A DNA stretch of 23,261 nucleotides from Bdellovibrionia bacterium (GTDB lineage Bacteria > Bdellovibrionota > UBA1018), in contig JBJMMA010000061.1 in NCBI GenBank assembly GCA_045805065.1, positions 1 to 23,261 on the forward strand. The letters run 5' to 3'. The stretch's first letter is position 1; every line of letters begins with the position of its first letter. A model generated the notes under the pieces. The model had not been told where the DNA came from. It was given only the letters and a program-made list of their open reading frames with translations, and made no database searches. Position numbers and translations under genes: made by a program. Of this stretch, positions 8,431 to 17,155 are shown piece after piece.

Positions 8431-8697
8431 TTAGCGGATCGTGCAACCGATCCAAGGATTCTTTGCGTCCTTTGGACAGAGATAGGAATCCTTAGGCAAT
8501 TGCACCTGAGGGGCCGGTACGACAAGCATTTTTGCGTAACGGCCAGTGGTCCGGAAAGAGAGATCCATAATGTTCAGACCCCAGTCACCTACAACTGCGC
8601 CTACAAATGCCAAAGCGACCAGACCTACAATGAGGGCTGGAATCAGTTTGCTCATAGGAATTTGAGACAGTTTTGCCATAGGCGAATTGGTCGACAT
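8431..8697 (-). CDS. Small single-TM membrane protein (88 aa) with a C-terminal Cys pair
   Basis: AAGGAG SD upstream; hydrophobic LIPALIVGLVALAFVGAVV; ends LCPKDAKNPWIGCTIR; co-oriented between the azurin-like gene and ctaA. Confidence 0.65.
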   Translation of the reverse strand: MSTNSPMAKLSQIPMSKLIPALIVGLVALAFVGAVVGDWGLNIMDLSFRTTGRYAKMLVVPAPQVQLPKDSYLCPKDAKNPWIGCTIR

Positions 8698-8765
8698 TCT
8701 AAAGATGCTCCTTACCGAGTGATATATATCCCACTTTACCTCAGGGGCAAGAAAAAGAAAGCCGT

Positions 8766-9335
8766 TTACTTGACGTGCAACGTGCCCTTCATGGTCATCG
8801 AGTGACCAGGGAAGGTGCAGATGTAGGTGTAATCACCGGCTGCAGGCATCGTGATCACGGTGCTGACAGTTTCGCCTGGCTTTGCAAGCTTGGTATGACC
8901 CAGCACGTTAGCGCCTTCGGCAACCCAGTCTTTAGCTTCGCCAGCTTGCATGCTGTCGGTCGCAACTTGTTGTTCCGAACCTGGCTTCACGAGAACCCAG
9001 TTGTGGTTCATGTTGGAAGCTGCAGATGCGTTGTTTTTAAAGGTAATCTTCACTGCTTGGCCAGCCTTGGCTTCCATTTCCTTCTTGTCGAAGTAAAGGT
9101 TATCGCCATCGGTGGAAATCGTGAGTTCGGCTTGAGCCGTTGCGTTAGATGCTGCAGCTGGAGCAGCCGAGCCTGCTGGAGCAGGGGTTGCCTGAGTGTT
9201 TGCGGCAGAGGTTGCTTGTGCTTGCGGTGCCGCAGACTCTGGTGCGCTTTCCTTTTTGGTGCAGGAGGAAAATGCGACCATTGCGATCGTACTAGTAACA
9301 GCCAATGCTTGAACTAAAGAAGAGCGAGTTTTCAT
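8766..9335 (-). CDS. Azurin/auracyanin-like type-1 blue copper lipoprotein
   Basis: Lipobox AFSS|C, Ala/Pro-rich linker, MNHNWVL and YICTFPGHSMTMKGTL providing His-Cys-His-Met copper ligands. Confidence 0.92.
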   Translation of the reverse strand: MKTRSSLVQALAVTSTIAMVAFSSCTKKESAPESAAPQAQATSAANTQATPAPAGSAAPAAASNATAQAELTISTDGDNLYFDKKEMEAKAGQAVKITFKNNASAASNMNHNWVLVKPGSEQQVATDSMQAGEAKDWVAEGANVLGHTKLAKPGETVSTVITMPAAGDYTYICTFPGHSMTMKGTLHVK

Positions 9336-9461
9336 GTTTTTTCTGATCTCCGTAGGATTCGCTATGCATTTCTTAGAATGCTCTTCAGAAGCAAATTTGA
9401 AGCGTTTTCATGAAGAGTATTCTTGACGTAAATGCTATTATGGGGTCAACCATAACACAAT

Positions 9462-10181
9462 ATGACGAACAAAAACAAAAGAGATAGCTCATCTCAAGCG
9501 GCAAGTTCAGGACGTTTAGCGTCGGTCACTCAGAAATTCGCGATGGCTTTATCAGGTCTTGGCCTGGTCGGTTTCGTGATTGTCCATCTTCTCGGAAATC
9601 TTTCCTTGTACCGACCAGATGGCACTCCATTTAACACCTACGCGAACGCTCTTCACCAACTCGGCGGGCTCTTGATTGCTGCTGAGATTGGACTGCTGCT
9701 GGTTGTTCTTCTTCACATCTTCACCGGCCTTGCTCTGAAGAAAAATCACTCGGCTGCCCGACCACAGAATTACAAAATGTGGCGCTCCAAGGGCGGCCCT
9801 ACGCCGAGCAATTTCTCTTCCCGCACGATGATTTTCTCGGGCCTTGTCTTGCTCATTTTCATCGCCGTTCACGTCTGGCAATTCCGTTTCGGTGCGAGCA
9901 TCGATCAAGGTTACGCCACTCAGATTCACGGTGAAGAGGCTCGCGATCTTCATCGCCTCGTCGTTGAAACTTTCAAGAATCCGGCTTGGGTTGGATTCTA
10001 TGTGTTCTGCATGCTTCTTTTCGGCACTCACTTGAGGCACGGAATCTGGAGCGCGTTCCAATCGCTGGGTTTGGTCAGCGGTGGAGCATCCCGCAAGCTT
10101 TTGAGCTTGAGCGGATTGTTGGGATTCATTCTGGCGGTGGGTTTTCTTTTCATCCCCGTCTACATTTACTTTTTCGTCTAG
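9462..10181 (+). CDS. sdhC: Succinate dehydrogenase cytochrome b558 subunit (5-TM dihaem type)
   Basis: KFAMALSG..L..F...HLLGN, SRTM..SG, HL.HG.WSAFQSLG; first gene of the sdh operon. Confidence 0.93.
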   Translation: MTNKNKRDSSSQAASSGRLASVTQKFAMALSGLGLVGFVIVHLLGNLSLYRPDGTPFNTYANALHQLGGLLIAAEIGLLLVVLLHIFTGLALKKNHSAARPQNYKMWRSKGGPTPSNFSSRTMIFSGLVLLIFIAVHVWQFRFGASIDQGYATQIHGEEARDLHRLVVETFKNPAWVGFYVFCMLLFGTHLRHGIWSAFQSLGLVSGGASRKLLSLSGLLGFILAVGFLFIPVYIYFFV

Positions 10182-10190
10182 GAGCCAATC

Positions 10191-12116
10191 ATGAATTTGG
10201 ATGCAAAGATTCCCTCAGGTCCTATTGAAGAAAAGTGGAACAAACATAAAGGCGAGATCAAGCTCGTCAACCCTGCGAACAAACGTAAGCACACGGTGCT
10301 CGTCGTAGGAACGGGGCTTGCCGGCGCATCTGCCGCCGCGTCGCTCGCTGAGCTTGGCTACAACGTGAAGAGCTTCTGTATTCAGGACTCTGCTCGTCGC
10401 GCTCACTCCATCGCAGCTCAAGGCGGTATCAACGCTGCCAAGAACTATCCGAACGATGGCGACAGCGTTCATCGTCTTTTCTACGACACCATCAAAGGTG
10501 GCGACTATCGCTCCCGCGAAGCCAACGTGCATCGCCTGGCCGAGCTCAGTGTCGACATCATCGATCAATGCGCAGCTCAAGCTGTTCCATTTGCTCGTGA
10601 GTACAGCGGCGAGCTTGCAAACCGCTCTTTCGGTGGCGCGCAAGTGTCTCGTACTTTCTATGCTCGTGGTCAGACGGGTCAGCAGCTTCTCCTGGGCGCT
10701 TATCAAGCGCTCATGAGACAAGTCGATGCTGGCAAGGTCACGATGTATGAGCGCCACGAAATGCTGGATGTCGTCATCATCGACGGCAAGGCCCGCGGTA
10801 TCATTACTCGCGATCTCGTCACCGGAAAGATCGAGCGCTTCGCGGGCGATGCCGTGATCCTCGCGACCGGCGGGTACGGACGTATTTTCTATCTTTCGAC
10901 GAACGCCTTCAATTCGAACGGAACGGCAATCTGGCGCGCTCACAAGCGTGGAGCTGCGTTTGCAAATCCTTGCTACACGCAGATTCACCCGACCTGCATT
11001 CCAGTCTCAGGCGAGCATCAGTCCAAGCTGACCTTGATGTCTGAGTCTCTGCGTAACGACGGACGCGTTTGGGTTCCTAAGAAGAAAGAAGACGTTAAGA
11101 AGGATCCTGCTTCGATCCCAGAAGAAGATCGCGACTACTATCTTGAGCGCAAGTATCCATCGTTCGGAAATCTCGTTCCTCGCGACGTGGCTTCTCGTAA
11201 CGCAAAACAAGTTTGCGACGAAGGCCGTGGCGTAGGCATGAGCGGCTTGGCCGTTTATCTCGACTTCCGCGATGCCATCAAGCGCGACGGTAAGAAAACG
11301 ATCAGCGAAAAGTACGGAAACCTTTTCGACATGTATCACCGCATTACGGACGAAAACCCGTATGAAGTCCCAATGCGTATCTATCCAGCCGTTCACTATA
11401 CGATGGGCGGACTCTGGGTGGATTACAACCTGATGTCAACGATCCCTGGCTTGCACGTTCTTGGAGAAGCCAACTTCTCTGACCACGGCGCAAACCGCCT
11501 CGGCGCATCCGCTTTGATGCAAGGTTTGGCTGATGGATACTTCGTCATTCCATACACCTTGGGTCACTACATCGCTTCGAACACGCTTTCAAAGGTGGAC
11601 ACAAACCACCCAGCGTTTGCTGACGCTGAAGCAAGCGTGAAGACAAGCATCGATCGCCTGGTTGCGGCAGGGAAGAAGGGCGGCAAGAAGACCGCTCTTG
11701 ATTTCTACCGCGAGCTTGGACACATCATGTGGGATAAGGTCGGCATGGCTCGTAACGAAGCGGGCCTCAAAGAAGCGATCACCAAGATCAAAGCACTTCG
11801 CGAAGAGTTCTGGTCTGGCATCCAGCTTCCAGTTGAAACCGACACCTTCAACAAGAACCTCGAAGTTGCAGGCCGCGTGGCCGACTTCCTGGAACTCGGT
11901 GAATTGATGGCACGCGACGCTCTCAACCGCTCTGAGTCTTGCGGTGGTCACTTCCGTGAAGAAAGCCAAACGCCAGAAGGCGAAGCGCTTCGTGACGATG
12001 CGAACTACTCGTACGTCGCGGCTTGGGAATACAAGGGCGAAGGCCAGGAGCCAGTTCTCCATAAGGAACCGCTCGTGTTCGAAAACATCAAGCTCGCTCA
12101 ACGAAGCTACAAATAA
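10191..12116 (+). CDS. sdhA: Succinate dehydrogenase / fumarate reductase flavoprotein subunit
   Basis: GTGLAG FAD motif, AHSIAAQGG (covalent His), [27 protein letters not shown]. Confidence 0.97.
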   Translation: MNLDAKIPSGPIEEKWNKHKGEIKLVNPANKRKHTVLVVGTGLAGASAAASLAELGYNVKSFCIQDSARRAHSIAAQGGINAAKNYPNDGDSVHRLFYDTIKGGDYRSREANVHRLAELSVDIIDQCAAQAVPFAREYSGELANRSFGGAQVSRTFYARGQTGQQLLLGAYQALMRQVDAGKVTMYERHEMLDVVIIDGKARGIITRDLVTGKIERFAGDAVILATGGYGRIFYLSTNAFNSNGTAIWRAHKRGAAFANPCYTQIHPTCIPVSGEHQSKLTLMSESLRNDGRVWVPKKKEDVKKDPASIPEEDRDYYLERKYPSFGNLVPRDVASRNAKQVCDEGRGVGMSGLAVYLDFRDAIKRDGKKTISEKYGNLFDMYHRITDENPYEVPMRIYPAVHYTMGGLWVDYNLMSTIPGLHVLGEANFSDHGANRLGASALMQGLADGYFVIPYTLGHYIASNTLSKVDTNHPAFADAEASVKTSIDRLVAAGKKGGKKTALDFYRELGHIMWDKVGMARNEAGLKEAITKIKALREEFWSGIQLPVETDTFNKNLEVAGRVADFLELGELMARDALNRSESCGGHFREESQTPEGEALRDDANYSYVAAWEYKGEGQEPVLHKEPLVFENIKLAQRSYK

Positions 12117-12134
12117 ATAAAGGATAGCTGAATT

Positions 12135-12917
12135 ATGGCAAACACCATGACTCTGAATCTTGAGATCTGGCGGCAAAAAAGCGCAAACCAAGCAGGCGCA
12201 TTCGCGACCTACAAGCTCGATGGCGTGACGCCGGACATGTCGTTCCTGGAAATGCTTGATCTTCTCAATGAGAAGCTCATCCGTGAAGGGAAAGAGCCAG
12301 TTGAGTTTGACAGCGATTGCCGCGAAGGCATTTGCGGAAGCTGCGGCTGCATGATCAACGGCCAGGCTCACGGCCCTCAGATGGCAACGACCACCTGCGA
12401 GCTTTACATGCGTCACTTCAAGGACGGCGACACGATCGTGATCGAGCCTTGGAGAGGTCGCGCTTTCCCGGTCATTAAAGACCTGGTGGTGGACCGCGGA
12501 GCAATGGATCGCATCATCTCTTCGGGTGGATATACTTCCGCCAAGACCGGAAAACACGCGGATGCGAACGCGATCCTGATTCCAAAGCCAATTGCTGATC
12601 AAGCAATGGATGCAGCGACCTGCATCGGTTGCGGCGCTTGCGTAGCAGCATGCCCGAATGCATCGGCATCGCTCTTCACGGCAGCAAAGATCTCGCAGCT
12701 CGCACTCATGCCTCAAGGCCAGGTCGAGCGCGCTCGTCGCGCAAGCCGTATGGTCAAGCAAATGGACGTGGAAGGCTTCGGCAATTGCACCAATATCGGT
12801 GAGTGCCGTGCCGCATGCCCTAAGGAAATCTCGATCGACTACATTTCCAAGATGCGCTCTGAGTACGCTAAGAGCCTGCTTTCTGACAACGAAGGCAAGG
12901 AATACTCCGGTCCGTAA
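12135..12917 (+). CDS. sdhB: Succinate dehydrogenase / fumarate reductase iron-sulfur subunit
   Basis: CREGICGSC...C (2Fe-2S), [11 protein letters not shown] and [11 protein letters not shown] (4Fe-4S/3Fe-4S). Confidence 0.97.
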   Translation: MANTMTLNLEIWRQKSANQAGAFATYKLDGVTPDMSFLEMLDLLNEKLIREGKEPVEFDSDCREGICGSCGCMINGQAHGPQMATTTCELYMRHFKDGDTIVIEPWRGRAFPVIKDLVVDRGAMDRIISSGGYTSAKTGKHADANAILIPKPIADQAMDAATCIGCGACVAACPNASASLFTAAKISQLALMPQGQVERARRASRMVKQMDVEGFGNCTNIGECRAACPKEISIDYISKMRSEYAKSLLSDNEGKEYSGP

Positions 12918-12943
12918 TTTCTTTTAGCGAAAAGAAAGTCTGT

Positions 12944-12984
12944 AAAAGCGCCGATGCGGAAACGCTTCGGCGCTTTTGTTTTTT
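12944..12984. terminator. Bidirectional intrinsic terminator between sdhB and fbp
   Basis: AAAAGCGCCGA-TGCG-GAAA-CGCT-TCGGCGCTTTT followed by GTTTTTT. Confidence 0.9.
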
Positions 12985-13009
12985 GGGCTACACCGCTTTC
13001 GCGCGTGTT

Positions 13010-13993
13010 CTATGCTCTCTCACGTGCACGCTGCGCTCGAAGTACAGTGTCCACGTACTCTTGAACGTTTCTGATGCTTCCAAGCGCGGTGTGATCCTGC
13101 TGATGAGGCTCAAGAACGGGCACATCAAGCAAGGACTGCATGCAATTGCTGGAGGTTCCGCCCGATTGTTCAAATAGAAATGCCATCGGAACAGATTCGT
13201 AGAGCAATCGGATCTTGCCCGTCCAGTGCTGCGAATCGGGGGGATAGATATAGATTCCGCCCTCAAGCAAGATGCGATGGACATCGGTTGCCATGGCTCC
13301 TGAGTATCTCAGAGAGACGGGCGCAAGCTCCGTTCGTGATTGCGCAAGAAGCGCATCCATATAGGCTTGAACGGCATCTGGCCATTGCGAAAAATGCGCG
13401 ACATTTGCGCAAAGATAACTGCCGCGGTTTGGGCAACGGACTGCAGGATGAGAGAGCAGGAACTTTCCGCTCGCAGGATGGAGCGTGTAGCCGTTCACTC
13501 CATGTCCCGTGCTCAGCATGAGAATCGTGCTGGGACCAAAAAGAAAGTAACCCGCGGCAAGCAGGTCGCGTCCCGTGGGAAGCGGATCCCGGCGATCTCG
13601 GTAGATTCCAAAGATCGAAGCAACCGTTCCATTCACGTCCAAGTTGGATGAGCCATCCAGCGGGTCCATGGCCAGAAGCAGTGGGGATTCTCCACCCAGG
13701 GTGAGCACCTTCGGATGGGCCATCTCCTCGGAGACAAATCGGTGCACAAGATTTTTTGACGAGACTCTGTCTAAAAATAAATCATTGGCCAGGATATCGA
13801 GTTTCTTCTGGGTGTCGCCCGTGCTGTTGATCGAGTTTCCTTCAGCAGCTCCTGATTTCCCAGTGAGCGATGCAGTTGCCAGAATCTGACTGAGCTCATG
13901 CGCTGCCTGCGCAAGGATCTCAATGATTTGAACATGAGGCTCTTGTCTTTCGAACTCCAGGACCTTCTCAAGGGTTGGGTGCAATTCCGTCAT
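13010..13993 (-). CDS. fbp: Fructose-1,6-bisphosphatase class 1
   Basis: GDTQKKLD, SEE, DPLDGSSNLDVN, RYSG...DVHR.L..GGIYIYP and GKIRLLYE motifs. Confidence 0.92.
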   Translation of the reverse strand: MTELHPTLEKVLEFERQEPHVQIIEILAQAAHELSQILATASLTGKSGAAEGNSINSTGDTQKKLDILANDLFLDRVSSKNLVHRFVSEEMAHPKVLTLGGESPLLLAMDPLDGSSNLDVNGTVASIFGIYRDRRDPLPTGRDLLAAGYFLFGPSTILMLSTGHGVNGYTLHPASGKFLLSHPAVRCPNRGSYLCANVAHFSQWPDAVQAYMDALLAQSRTELAPVSLRYSGAMATDVHRILLEGGIYIYPPDSQHWTGKIRLLYESVPMAFLFEQSGGTSSNCMQSLLDVPVLEPHQQDHTALGSIRNVQEYVDTVLRAQRARERA

Positions 13994-15059
13994 GATAACG
14001 CTCCTGAGTCAAGCCTACGGGAGATTCCGCATGGTCTGCTCGACTGGTTAATGCGTAGTGAGCCGCGCCGATAATTCCGACGTCTCCGTTCAGAACAAGA
14101 CGCACAGGCATGGTTTCAAGGACTTTAGAGAGTCTTCCCTGTCGCACAAAGTGTTGATGAAATCGTTCCCGGTCGAGAAGTGGAACAAGTCGCGGGACAA
14201 TGCCTCCGGCAATGTAGACACCACCGGTTGACATGATTTTAAGTGCAAGGTTTGCGGCTTCGCAGGCAAGAAGATCCAGAAAGATCTCAATGGTGCGCTT
14301 GCAGATCGAGGCGTTACCGTGGAGTGCCTCATCCGTGATGACTTTGGCTGGATCCATTTTCTGCAGTTTTTCGTGAAGCCATGCAGGCTCCTCTTCTTTG
14401 CCCGTATCTCTGAGGAAGGAATAGATGTGAACGATTCCCGGACCCGAGAGAAGTCGCTCCCAGCTCACGCGCTGATATTTCTTCAAAAGGTATTGAAGGA
14501 TCTCGATTTGATCCGCATCGGCGGGAGCAAAGTTGCAGTGGCCGCCTTCGCTTCCAAACGGATGATAGGTTTCACCGTCCCAATAAATTCCTGCTTCGCC
14601 TAAACCTGAACCCGGGGCGATGACCGCCGCGTTTCCGCCTTCGCCTGGAAGTGGACTCGGGTTGATCAATTGAAGGTCCCGATCATCGAGCTTCAAAAGT
14701 CCGTGCGCAATGGCTTCAAGATCATTGAGTAACCAGACCTTCTTGATTCCGATCCCGCGTGCCATGTCGCCAGCATGCACTTGCCAGGGAAGATTGGTCG
14801 TCACGCTGGTCTCACCCTTCACAGGACCTGGGATTCCAAAGCATCCAAAGTCAGGGGGCGTGGAGAGCGAGCGTGTGAAGTCCTTGAGAATCTCAAGTAG
14901 ACTTGCCCTCTCCTGGCTAGGGTAGGTGTTATGGCTCAAAAGCTTGAGCTCTCCCTGGGCTGAAGACTCATAAAGGGAGATACGAGAGTTTGTCGCACCA
15001 ATATCTCCGGCTAATAGAGTGATAGTCGCTCGCTTCGTAAGGTCTTCCTCCCGATTCAT
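13968..15059 (-). CDS. glk: Glucokinase (E. coli Glk type)
   Basis: AGDIGATN, GIPGPV, TNLPW, LLNDLEA, APGSGLGEA, SEGGH, SWERLLSGPG, GGVYIAGGI. Start placed at ATG 15059 because the 15122 start overlaps the divergent gene. Confidence 0.9.
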   Translation of the reverse strand: MNREEDLTKRATITLLAGDIGATNSRISLYESSAQGELKLLSHNTYPSQERASLLEILKDFTRSLSTPPDFGCFGIPGPVKGETSVTTNLPWQVHAGDMARGIGIKKVWLLNDLEAIAHGLLKLDDRDLQLINPSPLPGEGGNAAVIAPGSGLGEAGIYWDGETYHPFGSEGGHCNFAPADADQIEILQYLLKKYQRVSWERLLSGPGIVHIYSFLRDTGKEEEPAWLHEKLQKMDPAKVITDEALHGNASICKRTIEIFLDLLACEAANLALKIMSTGGVYIAGGIVPRLVPLLDRERFHQHFVRQGRLSKVLETMPVRLVLNGDVGIIGAAHYALTSRADHAESPVGLTQERYHDGIAPNP

Positions 15060-15113
15060 TTGAAGCAAAAACCCTTCCAACCTTTGCCGCTCGGGGGCTA
15101 AACTACCTTTCAT

Positions 15114-17030
15114 ATGCGTCATTTGCGTACTTTTGTCTCAGTAGGGACTTTTTTTGCGCTTTATTCCATTTCTGCCGAAGCGCGTTGGGCCAAGCCGGAT
15201 GATGTGGATTATGTTGTAGATTCCCGCATCAATGAGGTCTGGGTTCAAAAAGACGGGACCTATCGTGAGGAAGTGGAAGAAGTCGTCACCATTCTGAAAG
15301 ACAGCGCGCGCATCACGCGCGGCATGCTGCGCTTGAACTATAATCCTGAAGTCTCAAGTCTTGAGATACTGCAGGCTGAAACGATCAAAGGAGAGACGCA
15401 CCTTTCGGTAGAGCCTCAGTTGATTGAAGACAAACCGCTTGCAAGCTCAGGAGAGGGATTTGATCAGTGGCATCAGGTCCTGGTGGCATTCCCCGCCGTT
15501 GACGTCGGATCCAAGGTTCATTACAAGTATCGCAGAAAATGGTCGCAGGTTCCGGCACCCGACTTTTACTCCGATGCCTATAACTTCGGGACCGAGTACC
15601 AAAAGAGCGCTCAAGTCATTTTACATTCGCAGCTTCCGCTGATTACGCAAATCAATGATCCGGACAACGCGCTCAAGGTCTCCCGGGAAGATCGCAAGAA
15701 AGACAATTATCCTCATGAGCTCGTGATTCGCCTCAAGTCACCGCTCCTGAAAAACGTCGTGGACGAAGTAGATCCCTACATTGATGTTTCCAAACTTCCG
15801 TCCGTGTATATTGCCTCAACGCGCGACTGGTCCATGGTTTCAAAGTCAGTCATCGCGCAGTACGAGGCGACTTTGAATTCCCCGCTGCCGCCTCTTTACA
15901 AAAAGATCGCGGACGCAGCACGTGAGGTTCAGGATCCTGTCGAAAGAATCAATCTTGTGACTTCCCGGCTTGCGGACAATGTTCGTTATCTGGGGGATTG
16001 GCGAACGCTGAAAGGGAAATGGATCCCGCGACCCTTGAAAACAATTGCTCAATCCCAATTCGGGGATTGTAAGGACTTTTCAGCATCCGTTTCCGCGATC
16101 CTCAGAAGCATTGGGATGCAGGCGGATGTCGCCTGGGTCTGGCGAGGATGGAATCCTGTCTCCGAGAACTATGAGCTTCCATCAAACTTTCGATTCAATC
16201 ACGCTATCGCGCGGGTTAAATCCGGAAATCGCGTTTACTGGATCGATGGTACTAATGTCGCAAGTTATGCGCAGGGGATTCCAGGCGATATCTCGGATCG
16301 TCCGGCGCTTGTTCTGGCTACTGGAAACTCGTCTCTTGAGCGCACACCTGGCGCGCAAGCTGACGAATTCAGTTATGCCTTTGTGCAAGAGATGGATTTC
16401 GCCAAGCCCGATGGCATTCGAGTCAGTGGCGCCTTTAAGACCAACGGGGGCGATGCCGCAAGCTGGATCAACAGCAACCTGAACACTTCGCAGGACACGC
16501 TCAATTTCAAGGTCGTCCGCGCCGCCGCACGTACGGAAGGTTTCCGTGACTGGAAGGTAAGTGGATTCAAAATGGGATCTCGCATTGTGCATGAGCTGAA
16601 CGCCAAGTTTCAATATATTGAAAAAGCGCAAGGCTACCGAAGCACGGCAGGGCTCTCTTACCCGATCTTGCCCCCCGATGCTGTGGATCGCCTTTTATTC
16701 AATGCGGATCAAAGAGAATCCGATATCGTTCTAGGTGAGCCGTTCACTTATGAGCGGAACATGATTTTTAAGAATGTCTCGGTCGTGGGCGACGAGAACC
16801 TTGCGTGCGAAGTGAAGTCACCGTGGGTTGAGATCAAGCGCGAGGTCGACAGAGCGCCGAGCGGAATCCGGATTCATGATCGACTCCAGCTCAAAACGCT
16901 GCTTTTGCGACACAAGGATTATTCGACACCTGAGTTTCAAAAGCTTCAGGAAAAGCTTGTCAGCTGTTTCAGATTTTCATCGGTGATTTACAGGCCTGTT
17001 GATTCGATCCAGAAAAGCCCGATCAAGTGA
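15114..17030 (+). CDS. Secreted DUF3857 + transglutaminase-like domain protein
   Basis: Signal peptide (..ISAEA|R); DUF3857-like FP.V.VGS...Y.Y; catalytic triad motifs GDCKD, FNHAI and WIDGT. Confidence 0.88.
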   Translation: MRHLRTFVSVGTFFALYSISAEARWAKPDDVDYVVDSRINEVWVQKDGTYREEVEEVVTILKDSARITRGMLRLNYNPEVSSLEILQAETIKGETHLSVEPQLIEDKPLASSGEGFDQWHQVLVAFPAVDVGSKVHYKYRRKWSQVPAPDFYSDAYNFGTEYQKSAQVILHSQLPLITQINDPDNALKVSREDRKKDNYPHELVIRLKSPLLKNVVDEVDPYIDVSKLPSVYIASTRDWSMVSKSVIAQYEATLNSPLPPLYKKIADAAREVQDPVERINLVTSRLADNVRYLGDWRTLKGKWIPRPLKTIAQSQFGDCKDFSASVSAILRSIGMQADVAWVWRGWNPVSENYELPSNFRFNHAIARVKSGNRVYWIDGTNVASYAQGIPGDISDRPALVLATGNSSLERTPGAQADEFSYAFVQEMDFAKPDGIRVSGAFKTNGGDAASWINSNLNTSQDTLNFKVVRAAARTEGFRDWKVSGFKMGSRIVHELNAKFQYIEKAQGYRSTAGLSYPILPPDAVDRLLFNADQRESDIVLGEPFTYERNMIFKNVSVVGDENLACEVKSPWVEIKREVDRAPSGIRIHDRLQLKTLLLRHKDYSTPEFQKLQEKLVSCFRFSSVIYRPVDSIQKSPIK

Positions 17031-17155
17031 TTCGGATGACAAATGTGAAACCTTTTCCAAGCAATTGAACTCGTCTCCCCAGTTGATAAAATAGAGAGAT
17101 CGACATCAAGAAATACATAAAAGTGGTTTAGTCGCTCTAAGCGAAAAGTGAGCCT

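Noticed and set aside
8775..12761. Long antisense ORFs (8775..9317, 9552..10061, 10215..10988, 11007..11396, 11589..12761)
   Set aside because: They are shadows of the azurin-like gene and sdhCAB, expected from codon bias, and show no recognisable motifs.
15060..15122. Extended glucokinase N-terminus from ATG 15122
   Set aside because: It would overlap the divergent start at 15114 and leave no promoter space; ATG 15059 is nearer the conserved core.
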